From Octopus vulgaris (taxonomy: Eukaryota), in assembly GCA_951406725.2 (NCBI GenBank), contig OX597831.1, forward strand, positions 36,766,001-36,830,000: a stretch of DNA of 64,000 bases, in the 5' to 3' direction. The notes beneath the pieces were generated by a model. That model was not told where the DNA came from. It saw only the letters and a program-made list of their open reading frames with translations, and made no database searches. Positions 40,247 to 53,233 of this stretch are shown piece by piece. The position numbers were made by a program, and so were the translations under genes. Each line of letters begins with the position of its first letter. The stretch's first letter is position 1.

Positions 40247-40476
40247 ACGCGCCTCCTTATGTTCATAAATACATACATGCATACAGACATATACATATAT
40301 ACATACATGCATACTCAAATAATAATAATAAATATATATACGTGCAGTTACCCATTATACAGACGGATACATACATATAAACATACACATATATACCTAT
40401 TTACACATATGTATATATACATACATACATACACACATAACTCTACATACCTACATATACATAAACACACAAGCGT

Positions 40477-40517
<41 letters not shown>

Positions 40518-40928
40518 TACATATATACACACACATACACACATATACATTTACACACACATTTACACATATATATACACATACATATACACACATATAC
40601 ATATATATATATATATATATATACATACAAGCACATACATGCATAAATGTATACATATGTTTATACAAATGCATACACATACACACACTCACGCGCCTCC
40701 TTATATACATAAATACATACATGCATACAAACGCATACTCATGTAATAAATAATGAATAATAAATAATAAATATATATACACATGCAGTTACCCTTTATA
40801 CAGACGGAAACATACATATAAACATACACGTATATACCTATTTACACATATGTATATATACATACATACATGCACATACACATACACATAACTCTACATA
40901 CTTACATACACATAAACACACGAGCGTA
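40247..40928. repeat. Direct duplication (~230 bp, period ~444) in low-complexity DNA
   Basis: acgcgcctccttat...cagttaccc.ttatacagacgga...ctctacatac occurs twice. Confidence 0.8.
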
Positions 40929-41125
40929 TGTATTGAGTACCTTATTTACTGTGGTTAACCCCGACTCAACCCGGGACCTACATATATATATAGATATATA
41001 TATATAAATACATACATATATATATGTGTGTGTATATATATATAAATATATATATGTATGTGTATGCGTGATGGAGGAATTTTTTTTATTCTTGTGTTTT
41101 TGAAAATTAGTTATGATAGTGTAGG

Positions 41126-41290
41126 AGGTGTAGGAGTGGCTGTGTGGTAAGTAGCTTGCTTACCAACCATATGGTTCCAGGTTCAGTCCCACTGCATGGC
41201 ACCTTGGGCAAGTGTCTTCTACTGTAGCCTCGGGCCGACCAAAGCCTTGTGAGTGGATTTGGTAGACGGAAACTGAAAGAAGCCTGTTGC

Positions 41291-41322
<32 letters not shown>

Positions 41323-41547
41323 ATGTTTGTGTTTGTGTATATGTTTGCATGTCTGTTTTTGTCCCCCAACATCGCTTGACAACCAATGCTGGTGTGTTTA
41401 CGTCCCCGTAACTTAGCAGTTCAGCAAAAGAGAATGATAGAATAAATACTAGACTTACAAAGAATAAGTCCTGGGGTCGATTTGCTCAACTAAAGGTGGT
41501 GTTCCAGCATGACCACAGTCAAATGACTGAAACAAGTAACAAGAGTA
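41126..41547 (+). mobile_element. SINE family A, full length
   Basis: A box TGGCTGTGTGG, B box GGTTCAGTCCC, CORE-like accttgggcaagt. Confidence 0.9.
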
Positions 41548-41754
41548 AAAAAAAAATGAGTATAGATAATATATTTTTGTGGTATTGTTTGGAGGTTTTA
41601 ACTATTAATTCTTGTGGGTCAAACAACCATATAAAAATTTCATTATATATGTGTTAAAAAATCTGCTGCTCTCTGTATTCAGATCTCTTTAAGATGCTAT
41701 ATGCATGTAATGGCATGAGAAGCTCTATTTTTTGTATGCCATATACGTACATAG

Positions 41755-41808
41755 ATGTATATATAACTATATGCACACATATATACATACATAGTTATAT
41801 ATATATAT

Positions 41809-41869
<61 letters not shown>

Positions 41870-42297
41870 CATACATACATACATGCATACATACATACAT
41901 ACATAAATACATACATACATACATATATACATACATACATACATACATAGAGGTATTCATGTATACATAGATGTATACTTAGATGCATCCATATATACAG
42001 GCACTGATATACACATATACATGTATACACATACACATCTATACATACACACAGATACATTCTTACATACATACATACACACATACATACACACACATAC
42101 ATACATAGCTGCGTACACACATGCATGCATATATACACACATTCATATACACACACTCATGCAAACATACATACATACATACACACATACATACACAAAC
42201 ATACATAGTGGCATACACACAGTCATACATACGTATGTACACATTCATACATGCATATATGCATACATATATACACACATTCATATTCAAACACACG

Positions 42298-42329
<32 letters not shown>

Positions 42330-42817
42330 CATGCATACATACATACATACATATACATACATACATACATATATACATACACACATACATACATACATAC
42401 ATACATACATACACACACATATATACATACACACATACATACAGGCATATATACATACATACATGCATACATACATACATACATACATACATACATACAT
42501 ACATCCATACATACATACATACATACATACATACACAACATATATTTTATGAAAGAATAAAATACAGTATGTGACCCACACCCAGATCTTTGACACTTAA
42601 TATGCACTACATGGAATGGTGGTTGTCAGAACTGGGTATTTCTTTCTCAGGCGATTTATATGAATAAATAATATTATGTAATAAGTTATAAATTAGGTTT
42701 TTTTTTTTATGGAAGCAAATAACAATGAAATATGTGAGTTCTCATATGTGTTTTCTCTTTTTTCTTTTACATCCAAACAAGTCGTTTCATATAGCCTTTA
42801 AATTAGTATGTCTGGCT

Positions 42818-42876
<59 letters not shown>

Positions 42877-43053
42877 CACACACACAGAGTCATACACCCG
42901 CAAACCTCAAAATATTTGATGGATGTGTAAATATTAATACATACGTATATACATACTTATAAATATTATGTATGTATGTGTATGTATATATAAATATATA
43001 TATATATATATATACATATATATAATATAGATAATATATAAATATATGCATAT

Positions 43054-43092
<39 letters not shown>

Positions 43093-43222
43093 CAGGTAAA
43101 TATATGTGTATATACAAGTATATATATATATATATATACTTATATATATATGTATATATACATGTGTGTATATATATGTGCATAAGTATGCATATATATA
43201 TACACACATGTATATATGAATA

Positions 43223-43268
<46 letters not shown>

Positions 43269-43317
43269 TATATCTACAATGTAGATATACACACATACAC
43301 ACACATATATATATACA

Positions 43318-43361
<44 letters not shown>

Positions 43362-43430
43362 TATATCAATATAAATGTATAGACATTTGTGCATACATTT
43401 ATGTGTATGTATATATGGAAGTGCATATCA
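41755..43430. repeat. (TA)n/(CATA)n/(CA)n low-complexity field
   Basis: Seen directly. Confidence 0.9.
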
Positions 43431-44451
43431 AATACATACTGTTGATATATTGATATATTGCATCAATGTAATTTGATGTGCCGAGCTGACCTTCTGATGC
43501 ATGTCCTGTGTTCGTATAACACAACTGACAAATTTGTAATTATTCTTTCATAAATAATACCATCAATCTTTCATTGGTTATAGTTGATTGCCGTATTAAT
43601 AGAGTGGCGAATGTTTACAGTGGATATATTGATATGCATATTTATGTGTGTGTGTGTGTGAAGAGATACACTGAGTGTGTGTATATATATAAGTCTGTAT
43701 TCAACTTGCTCTGCTTGTATGTTTAGGTGTGTGGGTGAATTAATATGAATTGGGCTGTTTCTGAATGGATTTTTGAAAATGATGTACATGATTCTGTATG
43801 TGTGTAAGTGTGTGCCTGTTATAGGGTATGTATGTATATTAGACATGTGTGTGTTTGTTATAAGGCGTGTGTGTATTATAATTTGTATGAATGTTTGTAT
43901 TTCATCTACTTGTGTTAAAACCTATGTACATATTTTAGTCATACAGTTGTGTGTATGTGTGTTTGTGTGTTAGAAGCTGTATGTATAAGAAGCTACATAT
44001 ACGTTTGTCTGTGTTAGACATTGTACGTGCATCCATGTTAGAAGTCGTTTATGTATGAAAAAGCTGTTTATGTGTGTGTGTGTGTGGTACATGTATGTAT
44101 AAAAAAGCTATGTGTGTCTATGCAGTATGTATGTGTGCAAGTGAGTTTATGCGTGAATACTAGTGACTGACTATATGAGCATGTATGCAATTACTTTTAT
44201 ATGTGTGCACACACGTGTGTGATTAGAGTACAAGTATATTTACGAGCATTGGAAACTCAATATTTCTGAATGGCATAAGCTACATGTGTTCATTATATTA
44301 CATGATGAATGTGTCTATACATGTTAGGGTTTGAGTCCTTTAGAAATGGTCAGAAACGGAATGGATTTTTGTAGTTTAGAAGTTCTATGTGTTTGTTAAA
44401 AGCTTGCGTTGAACTATGTACAAGTGAATCTGTGCACTTAAATGCATGTTG

Positions 44452-45227
44452 TTGGGTCTCATGGAGACAAGTGGCTGAGTTTCTTTCCAGTGTTGGGCCT
44501 CATGGAGTAATGTGGCTAAGTGCCTTTTGAGCATTGGGCCTCATGGAGGCAAGTGGTTGAGTTCCTTTTGAGCGTTGGGCCTCGTGGAGGCAAGTGGTTG
44601 AGTTCCTTTTGAGCATTGGGCTTCATGGAGCCAAGTGGCTGAGTACCTTTTGAGCGTTGGGCCTCATGGAGGCAAGTGGTTGAGTTCTTTTCGAGCATTG
44701 GGCTTCATGGAGGCAAGTGGCTGAGTACCTTTTGAGCATTGGGCCTCGTGGAGGCAAGTGGTTGAGTTCCTTTTGAGCATTGGGCTTCATGGAGGCAAGT
44801 GGCTGAGTACCTTTTGAGCGTTGGGCCTCATGGAGGCAAGTGGTTGAGTTCTTTTTGAGCATTGGGCTTCATGGAGGCAAGTGGCTGAGTACCGTTTGAG
44901 CATTGGGCCTCATGGAGGCAACTGGTTGGGTTCCTTATGAGCATTGGGCTTCATGGAGGCAAGTGGCCGAGTACCGTTTGAGTGTTTGGCCTCATGGAGG
45001 CAAGTGGTTGAGGTCCTTTCGAGCATTGGGCTTCATAGAAGCAAATGGCTGAGATCTTTTCAAGCATTGGGACTCATGGAGGCAAGTGGCTGAGATATTT
45101 TCAAGTGTTGGGCCTCATGGAGGAAAGTGTCTGAGTTCCTTTTGAGAATTGTGCCTCATGGAGGCAAGTGGCTGAGTTCCTTTCGAGCGATGGGGTTCAT
45201 GGAGGCAAGTGGCTGAGTTCCTTTCGA
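44452..45227. repeat. 41-bp minisatellite, about 19 copies, with higher-order structure
   Basis: ttgggcYtcatggaggcaagtggYtgagtWccttttgagcR. Confidence 0.95.
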
Positions 45228-45337
45228 TTATTTTGTCTCTTTATTACCCACAAGAGGCTAAACATAGAGGGGACAAACAAGGACTGACAAACGGATTAAG
45301 TTGACTACATTGACTCCAGTGCGTAACTGGTACATAA
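45228..45337 (-). mobile_element. SINE B 3' fragment
   Basis: Reverse complement of the family B tail. Confidence 0.75.
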
Positions 45338-46585
45338 TTTTACAATATAATTCTATATATAATTACAAGCCAGCCAAAAAAAGCCCTTGATGGAAACACT
45401 TGACCTGCTAGAAATGACAGCCAAATTTATGTCCCAGTCTCACTGTGTACCATATCTGAAAGGAAGAGAAAGGTAGGATCATTTGGATAATGAAACCATG
45501 GATACACTGTGTTGGGAAAAACAAAATCAAAACAAGAAACAACAATTAATACATTTTTGCTCATAGCTCTATTCAGCCAGAGAGGCCTTGGGGACCAAGT
45601 AACACTACCACCACCACCACCACCACCACCATTAACAACAACGACAACAACAACATTAACACATTACAACTAATATATTAGTAGTATTAAGTAATTATTA
45701 CACAAACTATTAACCTTGTATCCTTTTTTTTAATGGTATTTGCTTCAACTTCATTATTTTTCGAACATTAAGAACAAAAAACAAAAACAATAGAACTGGC
45801 TGATCAGTTTCTAATACATTCTGTCTTTGTTTTTTAGGGAGAGAGAGAGAGAGATACAGTGGAGGCACAATGGCCCAGTGGTTAGGGCAGCAGACTCACG
45901 GTCATTAGATCGTGGTTTCGATTCCCAGACCAGGCATTGTGAGTGTTTATTGAGCGAAAACACCTAAAGCTCCACGAGGCTCCACTTTTTCACCACAACT
46001 TTCTCTCACTCTTTCTTCCTGTTTCTGTTGTACCTGTATTTCGAAGGGGGCCAGCCTTGTCACACTCTGTGTCATGCTGAATCTCCCCGAGAACTACATT
46101 AAAGGTACACGTGTCTGTGGAGTGCTCAGCCACTTTCACATTAACTTCACGAGCAGGCTGTTCTGTTGATCGGATCAACTTCAACACTCGTCATCGTGAC
46201 CGACGGAGTACCCCGATATAGATACATACACACATACATCATACATATATACATACCAGTAAATATGTGTATGTATATATATATATATATATAAGTGTGT
46301 ATATATGTATATCATTAGATTTTATCTTAGCAATCAGTGATTTTCTAAAGTACTAACGACCATTACTTGGTTTAACTTTAAATTGCATTGATTTCACATT
46401 AGTAGTGAATCATTTGCGTATGTAATTATTGGTTGTACTCGTGAATTTTATCTGGTATATTATGCCTGTGCATATACGTACATATACATACATATACATA
46501 CATATGCATACATGTGTGTGTACACACACACACATACATACATATAACATACACACACAGACACATATATATTTGTGTGACTGAG

Positions 46586-46627
<42 letters not shown>

Positions 46628-46637
46628 TGTGTATATG

Positions 46638-46668
<31 letters not shown>

Positions 46669-47106
46669 GCATATGTGTGTGTTAGGAGAAAGTTTCAATC
46701 AGGAAAATCTGTTATTATCTGAGGCCATTTCCATCTATTAATTAGTCGAGTCTAACTGAAAGAAATGAATGAACACGTGAATGAGTATGTGTATGAATGA
46801 GCGAGAAGACAATATAAAGATGAACTGATAAAACCAGGAAAGAAATGAAATGAAAAGACAAAAACAAAAACATGAACAAAAACAAAAACAAAAAAACAAC
46901 AAAAACAAAACAAAACAAAGAAAGAATGTATTAGAAACTGATCAGCCAGTTCTATTGTTTTTGTTTTTTTTTGTTCTTAATGTTCGAAAAATAATGAAGT
47001 CGAAGCAAATACCATTAAAAATAAGGATACGAGGTTAATAGTTTGTGTAATAATTACTTAATACTACTAATATATTAGTTGTAATGTGTTAATGTTGTTA
47101 GTGTTG

Positions 47107-47137
<31 letters not shown>

Positions 47138-47419
47138 CGGTGGCGGAGGTTGTGTTACTTGGTCCCCAAGGCCTCTCTGGTTGAATAGAGCTATGAGCAA
47201 AAATGTATTAATTGTTGTTTCTTCTTTTGATTTTGTTTTTCCCAACAGAGTGTATCCATGGTTTCATTATCAAAATGATCCTACCTTTCTCTTCCTTTCA
47301 AATATGGTACACAGTGAGACTGGGAGACAAATTTGGCTGTCATTTCTAGCAGGTCAAGTGTTTCCATCAAGGGCTTTTTTTGGCTGGCTTGTAATTATAT
47401 ATAGAATTATATTGTAAAA
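45338..47419. repeat. ~500-bp inverted duplication (45338-45833 and 46912-47419)
   Basis: Arms are reverse complements with few mismatches. Confidence 0.9.
45861..46214 (+). mobile_element. SINE family C
   Basis: TGGCCCAGTGG A box, GTTTCGATTCCC B box. Confidence 0.85.
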
Positions 47420-47627
47420 AACGATGACACACACACACAAGCAGTGGCACATACACACACACAAGGACACAAACGCATGTTCACATAAGAATGGAGTAAG
47501 TGGAGCAGGAACACACATGAAAAAGAAAAGTGTCACTGAAGAGGACACAGGTGAGTGATGAAAAATTTCTGGACAATGGACATGAGTTAAACAAAATAAA
47601 TAAGAACAATAATGAACAATTGAAGAA

Positions 47628-47667
<40 letters not shown>

Positions 47668-47735
47668 GTAGTGTGTGTGTGTTTATTTTGCAAAAAAGTA
47701 AACAAATAAATAAAATGACCCTTCTGAAATACATT

Positions 47736-47918
47736 CCCACTTCATGGCACCTTGGGCAAATGTATTCTGCTATAGCCTCGGGCTGACCAAAGCCTTGTGA
47801 GTGGATTCGGTAGATGGAAACTGAAAGAAGCTCATCGTATAAATATATACATACATACATACATACATATATATATATATATTTACATATATATACATAC
47901 ATATATACATACATATAT

Positions 47919-47975
<57 letters not shown>

Positions 47976-48000
47976 TACATATATATATATATCTAATTTA

Positions 48001-48045
<45 letters not shown>

Positions 48046-48047
48046 TC

Positions 48048-48092
<45 letters not shown>

Positions 48093-48400
48093 TACATACA
48101 TATATATATATATATATATACATATATGTATGTATGCATTTATTTATATATATATGTATGTATGTATGTATCTATATGTTTGTGTGTCTGTGTTTGTCCC
48201 CGCAACATTGCTTGAAAACCAATGGATGTGTGTGTATGTCGCCATCACATAGGGTTCGGCAAGAGAGACAAATAAAGTACTAGGCTTACAAAGAGCAAGT
48301 CGATTTGGGGTCGATTTGCTCGACTAAAGGTGGTGCTCCAGCATGCCCGCAGTCAAATGACTGATACAAATAAAAAATATAAGAATAAGAGCATAAAAGA
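47736..48400 (+). mobile_element. SINE family A with expanded internal (TA)n
   Basis: Both halves are collinear around ~340 nt of microsatellite. Confidence 0.85.
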
Positions 48401-48569
48401 ATAATATGGGTGCTAGTATGTTCATGTGGTCATACAATTTATGTTGTTATCATGTCGTTCATTGCTTGATCCTGTTGTATAGTGTGGTACCAAGGATTCT
48501 GTCTTCTACTGTAGGCTTCAGACCAACCCAAGACATTTGAGCTAATAATTCTCTTTCATTGAATGTCAG

Positions 48570-48675
48570 GTACACAGCTATCGGCAATCAGACTTCCATA
48601 CCTTTCTGGCCTCACTAACAGAAACAGACAATAAATTTGAAGATAGGAAGGTGTTAGAAAACAGTACGAGATAAG
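48570..48675 (+). other. Candidate spliced exon (106 nt)
   Basis: Branch point CTAAT at 48542, ttctctttc, CAG| acceptor, AAG|GTGAGT donor; one frame is open up to a TAA just before the donor. Confidence 0.45.
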
Positions 48676-48702
48676 GTGAGTTTCACACTAAAATGTATCA
48701 TA

Positions 48703-49108
48703 GGCGCAGGAGTGGCTGTGTGGTAAGTAGCTTGCTTACAAACCACATGGTTCCGGGTTTAGTCCCACTGCGTGGCACCTAGGACAAGTGTCTTTTACTA
48801 TAGCCTTGGGCAGACCAAATCCTTTTGAGTGGATTTAGTAGACAGAAACTGAAAGAAGCCCGTCATATATATGAATATATATATATGTGTGTGTGTGTGT
48901 TTGTGTGTCTGTGTTTGTTCACCCCAACATCGCTTGACAACTGATGCTGGTGTGTTTGCATCCCTGTAACTTAGCAGTTCAGTAAAAGAGATCTATAGAA
49001 TAAGTTCTAGGCTTACAAAGAATAAGTCCTGGGGTGGATTTGCTCGACTAAATGTGGTGCTCCAGCATGGGCGCAGTCAAATGACTGAAACAAATAAAAG
49101 AATAAAAG
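48703..49108 (+). mobile_element. SINE family A, full length
   Basis: Collinear with other family A copies. Confidence 0.9.
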
Positions 49109-49488
49109 CATAGTGGAAACTGCATTTTCTGATCTTCAAAATTGTTTCAGTTCTCAGATAATTTTTAACCAGTTGTGCCTAATACCAAACACGTGAGTGG
49201 GCCCCACCCCTGCTCACAGTTAAGATCATTTGGATAACGAAGTCAAGGATACACTGTGCTGTAAAAAATCATAATTGGTCTCACAAAAGGAAAAAAATTG
49301 ATGGGATGACCAGAGATAAATTTTTGCTTGGAAAGGCTTAGATTAGCTGGTCTTAGGAGGAGAGCTTACCTTCATATATCAGATCGATTATCGTTGTCAT
49401 TGTCAATAATAACAACAGCAAACTTTTTCATATATGTACCTTGAGATTAACTGCCCATTATAAATAGCTCTGTATATTGTATATATGT

Positions 49489-49800
49489 GAAGGCTCAATG
49501 GCCCAGTGGTTAGGGCAGTGAACTCATGGTCAGAGGATCGCAGTTTCAATTCCCAGACTGGGCATAGTGTGTGTTTATTGAGAGAAAACACCTAAAGCTC
49601 CACAAGGCTCCGGCAGAGGGTGGTGGCGACCCCTGTTGTACTCTTTCACCCCAATTTTCTCTCACTCTCTCTTCCTGTTTCTTGAGTAACGCTGCGATGG
49701 ACTGGCATCCTGTCCAGCTGGGGGGAACACATACGCCACAGAAACCAGGAAACCGGGCCTATGAGCCTGGCTGGGCTTGAAAAGAGTGCATAAATAAAAT
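49489..49800 (+). mobile_element. SINE family C variant
   Basis: Family C head plus gctgcgatggactggcatcctgtccag tail. Confidence 0.85.
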
Positions 49801-49859
49801 ATTGTATATATTTCATACTCTGCTTTATTGATGAAATCAACTGATACAAATGAGATGAA

Positions 49860-50035
49860 AGGCAGCAAGCTGGCAGAAATGTTAGCATGTCGAGCAAAGT
49901 GCTTAGCGGTATTTTATCTGTCTTTACATTCTGAGTTCAAATTCCGCTGAGGTCGACTCTGCCTTTTATCATTTCGGGGTCGATAAATTAAGTACCTGTT
50001 TCATACTGAGATCGATCTAATCTACTGGCCCCACT
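49860..50035 (+). mobile_element. SINE family B
   Basis: Head and Nin/Deu domain. Confidence 0.85.
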
Positions 50036-50044
50036 ATATGTATA

Positions 50045-50210
50045 TACGATGGGCTTCTTTCAGTTTCCATCAGCCAAATCCACTCACAAAGGTTCGGCTG
50101 GCCTGAAGCTATAGTAGAAGACACTTGCCCAAGGTGACATGCAGTGGGATTGAACTTGGAACAAATGCGGTTGGGAAGAAAGCTTCTTACCACACAACCA
50201 GGTCTGTGCC
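50045..50210 (-). mobile_element. SINE A 5' half
   Basis: gacacttgcccaaggt. Confidence 0.8.
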
Positions 50211-50556
50211 TATATTCTTTTGCCTCCTTTCATTATATATCTTCTCTTTCTCTCTCTTTCTCTGTTTCTTATTCATTTCAATTTCCTGTTTCTTACCAAA
50301 TAGTCATTGCTTTGTCTTCACAAATAATTGAACAATTTCTAATATAAGTCTCAGTGGGCAAAAACTACACATCATCATTAAAAATAAGATCTGTTTTAAT
50401 TTGTTCAATAGTTTTCTTACAAATTTACTTTCATAGTAAATCGATTGTTATGTTAAAGATGTGGATTTGCTTGTGTAAATGTAACCTTGATGATACATTT
50501 TTCTTCTGTTTTATTGCCATGTGTATAAGTTGGAGATTTTTTCCCTATTTTTTCAG

Positions 50557-50790
50557 CTCTTTTGAGTTGCCAGAATTGGGTTTCCTACAAAGTTCCGCGG
50601 ACTTCCTGGAAGTGTTTCGAAGATTGGACTTGCTGGAAAGTTCCGAGTGCTTCCTGAAAATTTCCCAGAGTTTGGTTTGCGTTGAAAGTTCCAAGGATGG
50701 GGACTTTCTGCAATGTTCCAAGGATAGGGACTTCTTTGAAAGTCCCAATGATGGTGTTTCCTGGAAAGTTCCAAAGATTTAAGAATTAAA
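50557..50790 (+). other. Degenerate 21/27-nt repeat; candidate terminal exon or kB/STAT site cluster
   Basis: Acceptor ttttccctatttttttcag, frame-preserving units resembling DFLESSKDG, TAA, then ATTAAA. Confidence 0.35.
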
Positions 50791-50800
50791 ATTTTCATTT

Positions 50801-51318
50801 CCAGTGGCCTAACGTGTAAGAATTTAGTCCAAAAGTCTATGTATTAGTCATAAAATGCAGTGTACATTTAAAAACATAAGGAATCCACTCGTGGGATTCA
50901 ACATATTTTCCATTTCCCTTTGATATGATTAAGTATTGTAAGTTTTTGGATAATTTTCGGTTTTAAATGTTGGCATTTTTTTTATTGCCAGCGAAGGGCT
51001 GCATCTGCACAGTAGATTTTGAAAAAAATAGGATGTATAAACAAAAGGCACATACTTTGATCACCTCGTGTTTATATATTTAACCCAAGGTGTACCTGTT
51101 GAGGACAATTTCACCAAGCGGGTAAATGTTATTTACTTGCTAAACTAAAATCAGAGACCAATTGGTCCAGGAAACTGGATGGTAAAATGTTTTTATTTTT
51201 TCATTTCGTTCCTGTTGAATTTTATTCCTAAATTTGTGGTTATAGAACCTAGCTGTTCTTTCTAGCATGTTGAATCCCACGAGTGGATTCCTTATGTGCT
51301 TAAATGTACACTGTATTT

Positions 51319-51321
<3 letters not shown>
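50801..51321. mobile_element. Fold-back element (family F)
   Basis: Inverted repeats 50851-50904 and 51267-51321; homologous to 60052-60412. Confidence 0.7.
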
Positions 51322-51385
<64 letters not shown>

Positions 51386-51620
51386 CATATATATGATGGC
51401 TTTCTTTCAGTTTCTGTCTACCAAATCCATACACAAGGCTTTGGTTGGCCTGCAGCTGTGGTAGGGGGACAAACAGACACACAAATATACACACACGCGC
51501 ATGCACACACACACACACACACACACATACAACAGGTTTCATTCAGTTTCCATCTACCAAATCCACTCACATATAATACATAATATATATAATATATATG
51601 GATAAAGATAGATATTGCCT

Positions 51621-51813
51621 GTCTATGGGATTACCCTGGGATTCAGATCAGTAAAACGCTTAGCTTTACAGCGTTTCTTCAGACCCTAAAACCTGCTGGC
51701 TTATAGAGAGGCCTCTTTCTAGAGAGGCCATAGTCCAGCGGGTTTTAGGGTCTAAAGAAATGCTGTAAAGTTAAGTGCTTTATAGATGTGAATCCTTAGG
51801 TAAGCCCATAGAC
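51621..51813. mobile_element. Fully palindromic MITE-like element
   Basis: ~80-bp arms gtctatggg..gctgg / ccagc..cccatagac. Confidence 0.75.
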
Positions 51814-51861
51814 CGGCCATGCCTATTTTTACCACTATATTCTACTCCTCTACATCATATA

Positions 51862-52184
51862 GCATTTCTACTCAAAGTGGTGGTCTGTGGACTGGTGCCA
51901 GTCTGCAAGCCATCAGCTGCCGGTACATGGCACGTTTCCAGAAAAGAAACAATAGCACCTTTCACATTATTGAAGATTAAGATAATAAAATGCTAATGTA
52001 ATATTGTATTATTTGTTTACAAAATAAATATACGATAAAGAAAATTGTCAACTTTTATTATATTCAGGATATATATTGTTTTCGGTATAAATTAATATTA
52101 CTAAGAAATATTACCGGTCCCTGGCACATTGGGGAAAAAACAGAACTGCCGGTACGCCACATCAGATAGTTTGAGAAGCAGTGG
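51862..52184. mobile_element. hAT/Charlie-like MITE
   Basis: ctactcaaagtg.. / ..tttgagaagcagtg termini with internal ccggta motifs. Confidence 0.55.
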
Positions 52185-52988
52185 CTTAGAGTTTGTTTCT
52201 CTTTCAGATCTGTGATTTTCTGATGGTACAAGATATATATATAAGATGTGTGTGTGTGTATTAATATAAAATAGAAAACAGACAAGCAAAAATATTTGGG
52301 TTGTCTGGGGATATTCACTTCATAGTAAATTATAAAGTGCAAAGTATAAAACAGCTTCAGTCGAATGAATGCAAAACAGATGAGTGGACAAACAAAAGAA
52401 AGAGGCACACCACACATTTAGTAAGAGCTACGTATTTTATTATTTAAAACAGTTTGATTCCATGCTATATGACTCAAAGTTTCTTACCAAAACTTAGCTC
52501 AGTTAACTGGACGGAGAGATGCAAAGATGGCTACCAGTAATGCAAATTTCCATTTTGATATTACCTAGAGTGGCAAAGTATATTTATTCATAACTCACAA
52601 TATGACAGACAGCACTTTAGTTTGTGAAATAATTAGTTTAATAATACCAATTCTTAGAAATGCTGTGAATATTACATCTGAGAATAAACGACAATGTTGA
52701 TAATTTGTTTAAATAATTAGTTTGTAATACTTGTATTTATAAATATTGCAAATAAAGCTATTTAGATTGATCTGAAAATCAACAGCTGTATGATGTATGA
52801 GAGGTTAATTAGCATTAATAATATGTAAGAGGTGAATTAGCAATCATTAGAACATTGGAAGAAATGTCTTGCCATATTTGTTACAGCTTTGTTCCAAGTT
52901 CAAATCCAGTTATGGTCAACATTGCCTTTTATCCTTCCAGTGTCATGTATAATGTACCAACCTTCAGGGATAGACTTGTGGAGTTAGT

Positions 52989-53157
52989 AGAGCATCGAAT
53001 GTAATACCTGGAGCATCAAATGTAATACCTGGAGCATCGAATATAATACCTGGAGCATCGAATGTAATAATTGGAGCATCAAATGTAATACCTGGAGCAT
53101 CAAAAGTAATAATTGGAGCATGAAATGTAATACCTAGAGCATCGAATGTAATACCTG
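52989..53157. repeat. 21-bp tandem repeat, 8 copies
   Basis: ggagcatcRaatgtaatacct. Confidence 0.95.
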
Positions 53158-53233
53158 CTCCATTGTCTTCTGTGTTCAAATCTCACTGAGGTTAACTTTG
53201 ACAATAGAATTAAATTGGCATAACCATCTAACC

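Noticed and set aside
44452-45227. CRISPR-like appearance of the 41-bp array (also the 42-bp and 21-bp arrays)
   Set aside because: Head-to-tail units with no unique spacers, no cas genes, and a eukaryotic context.
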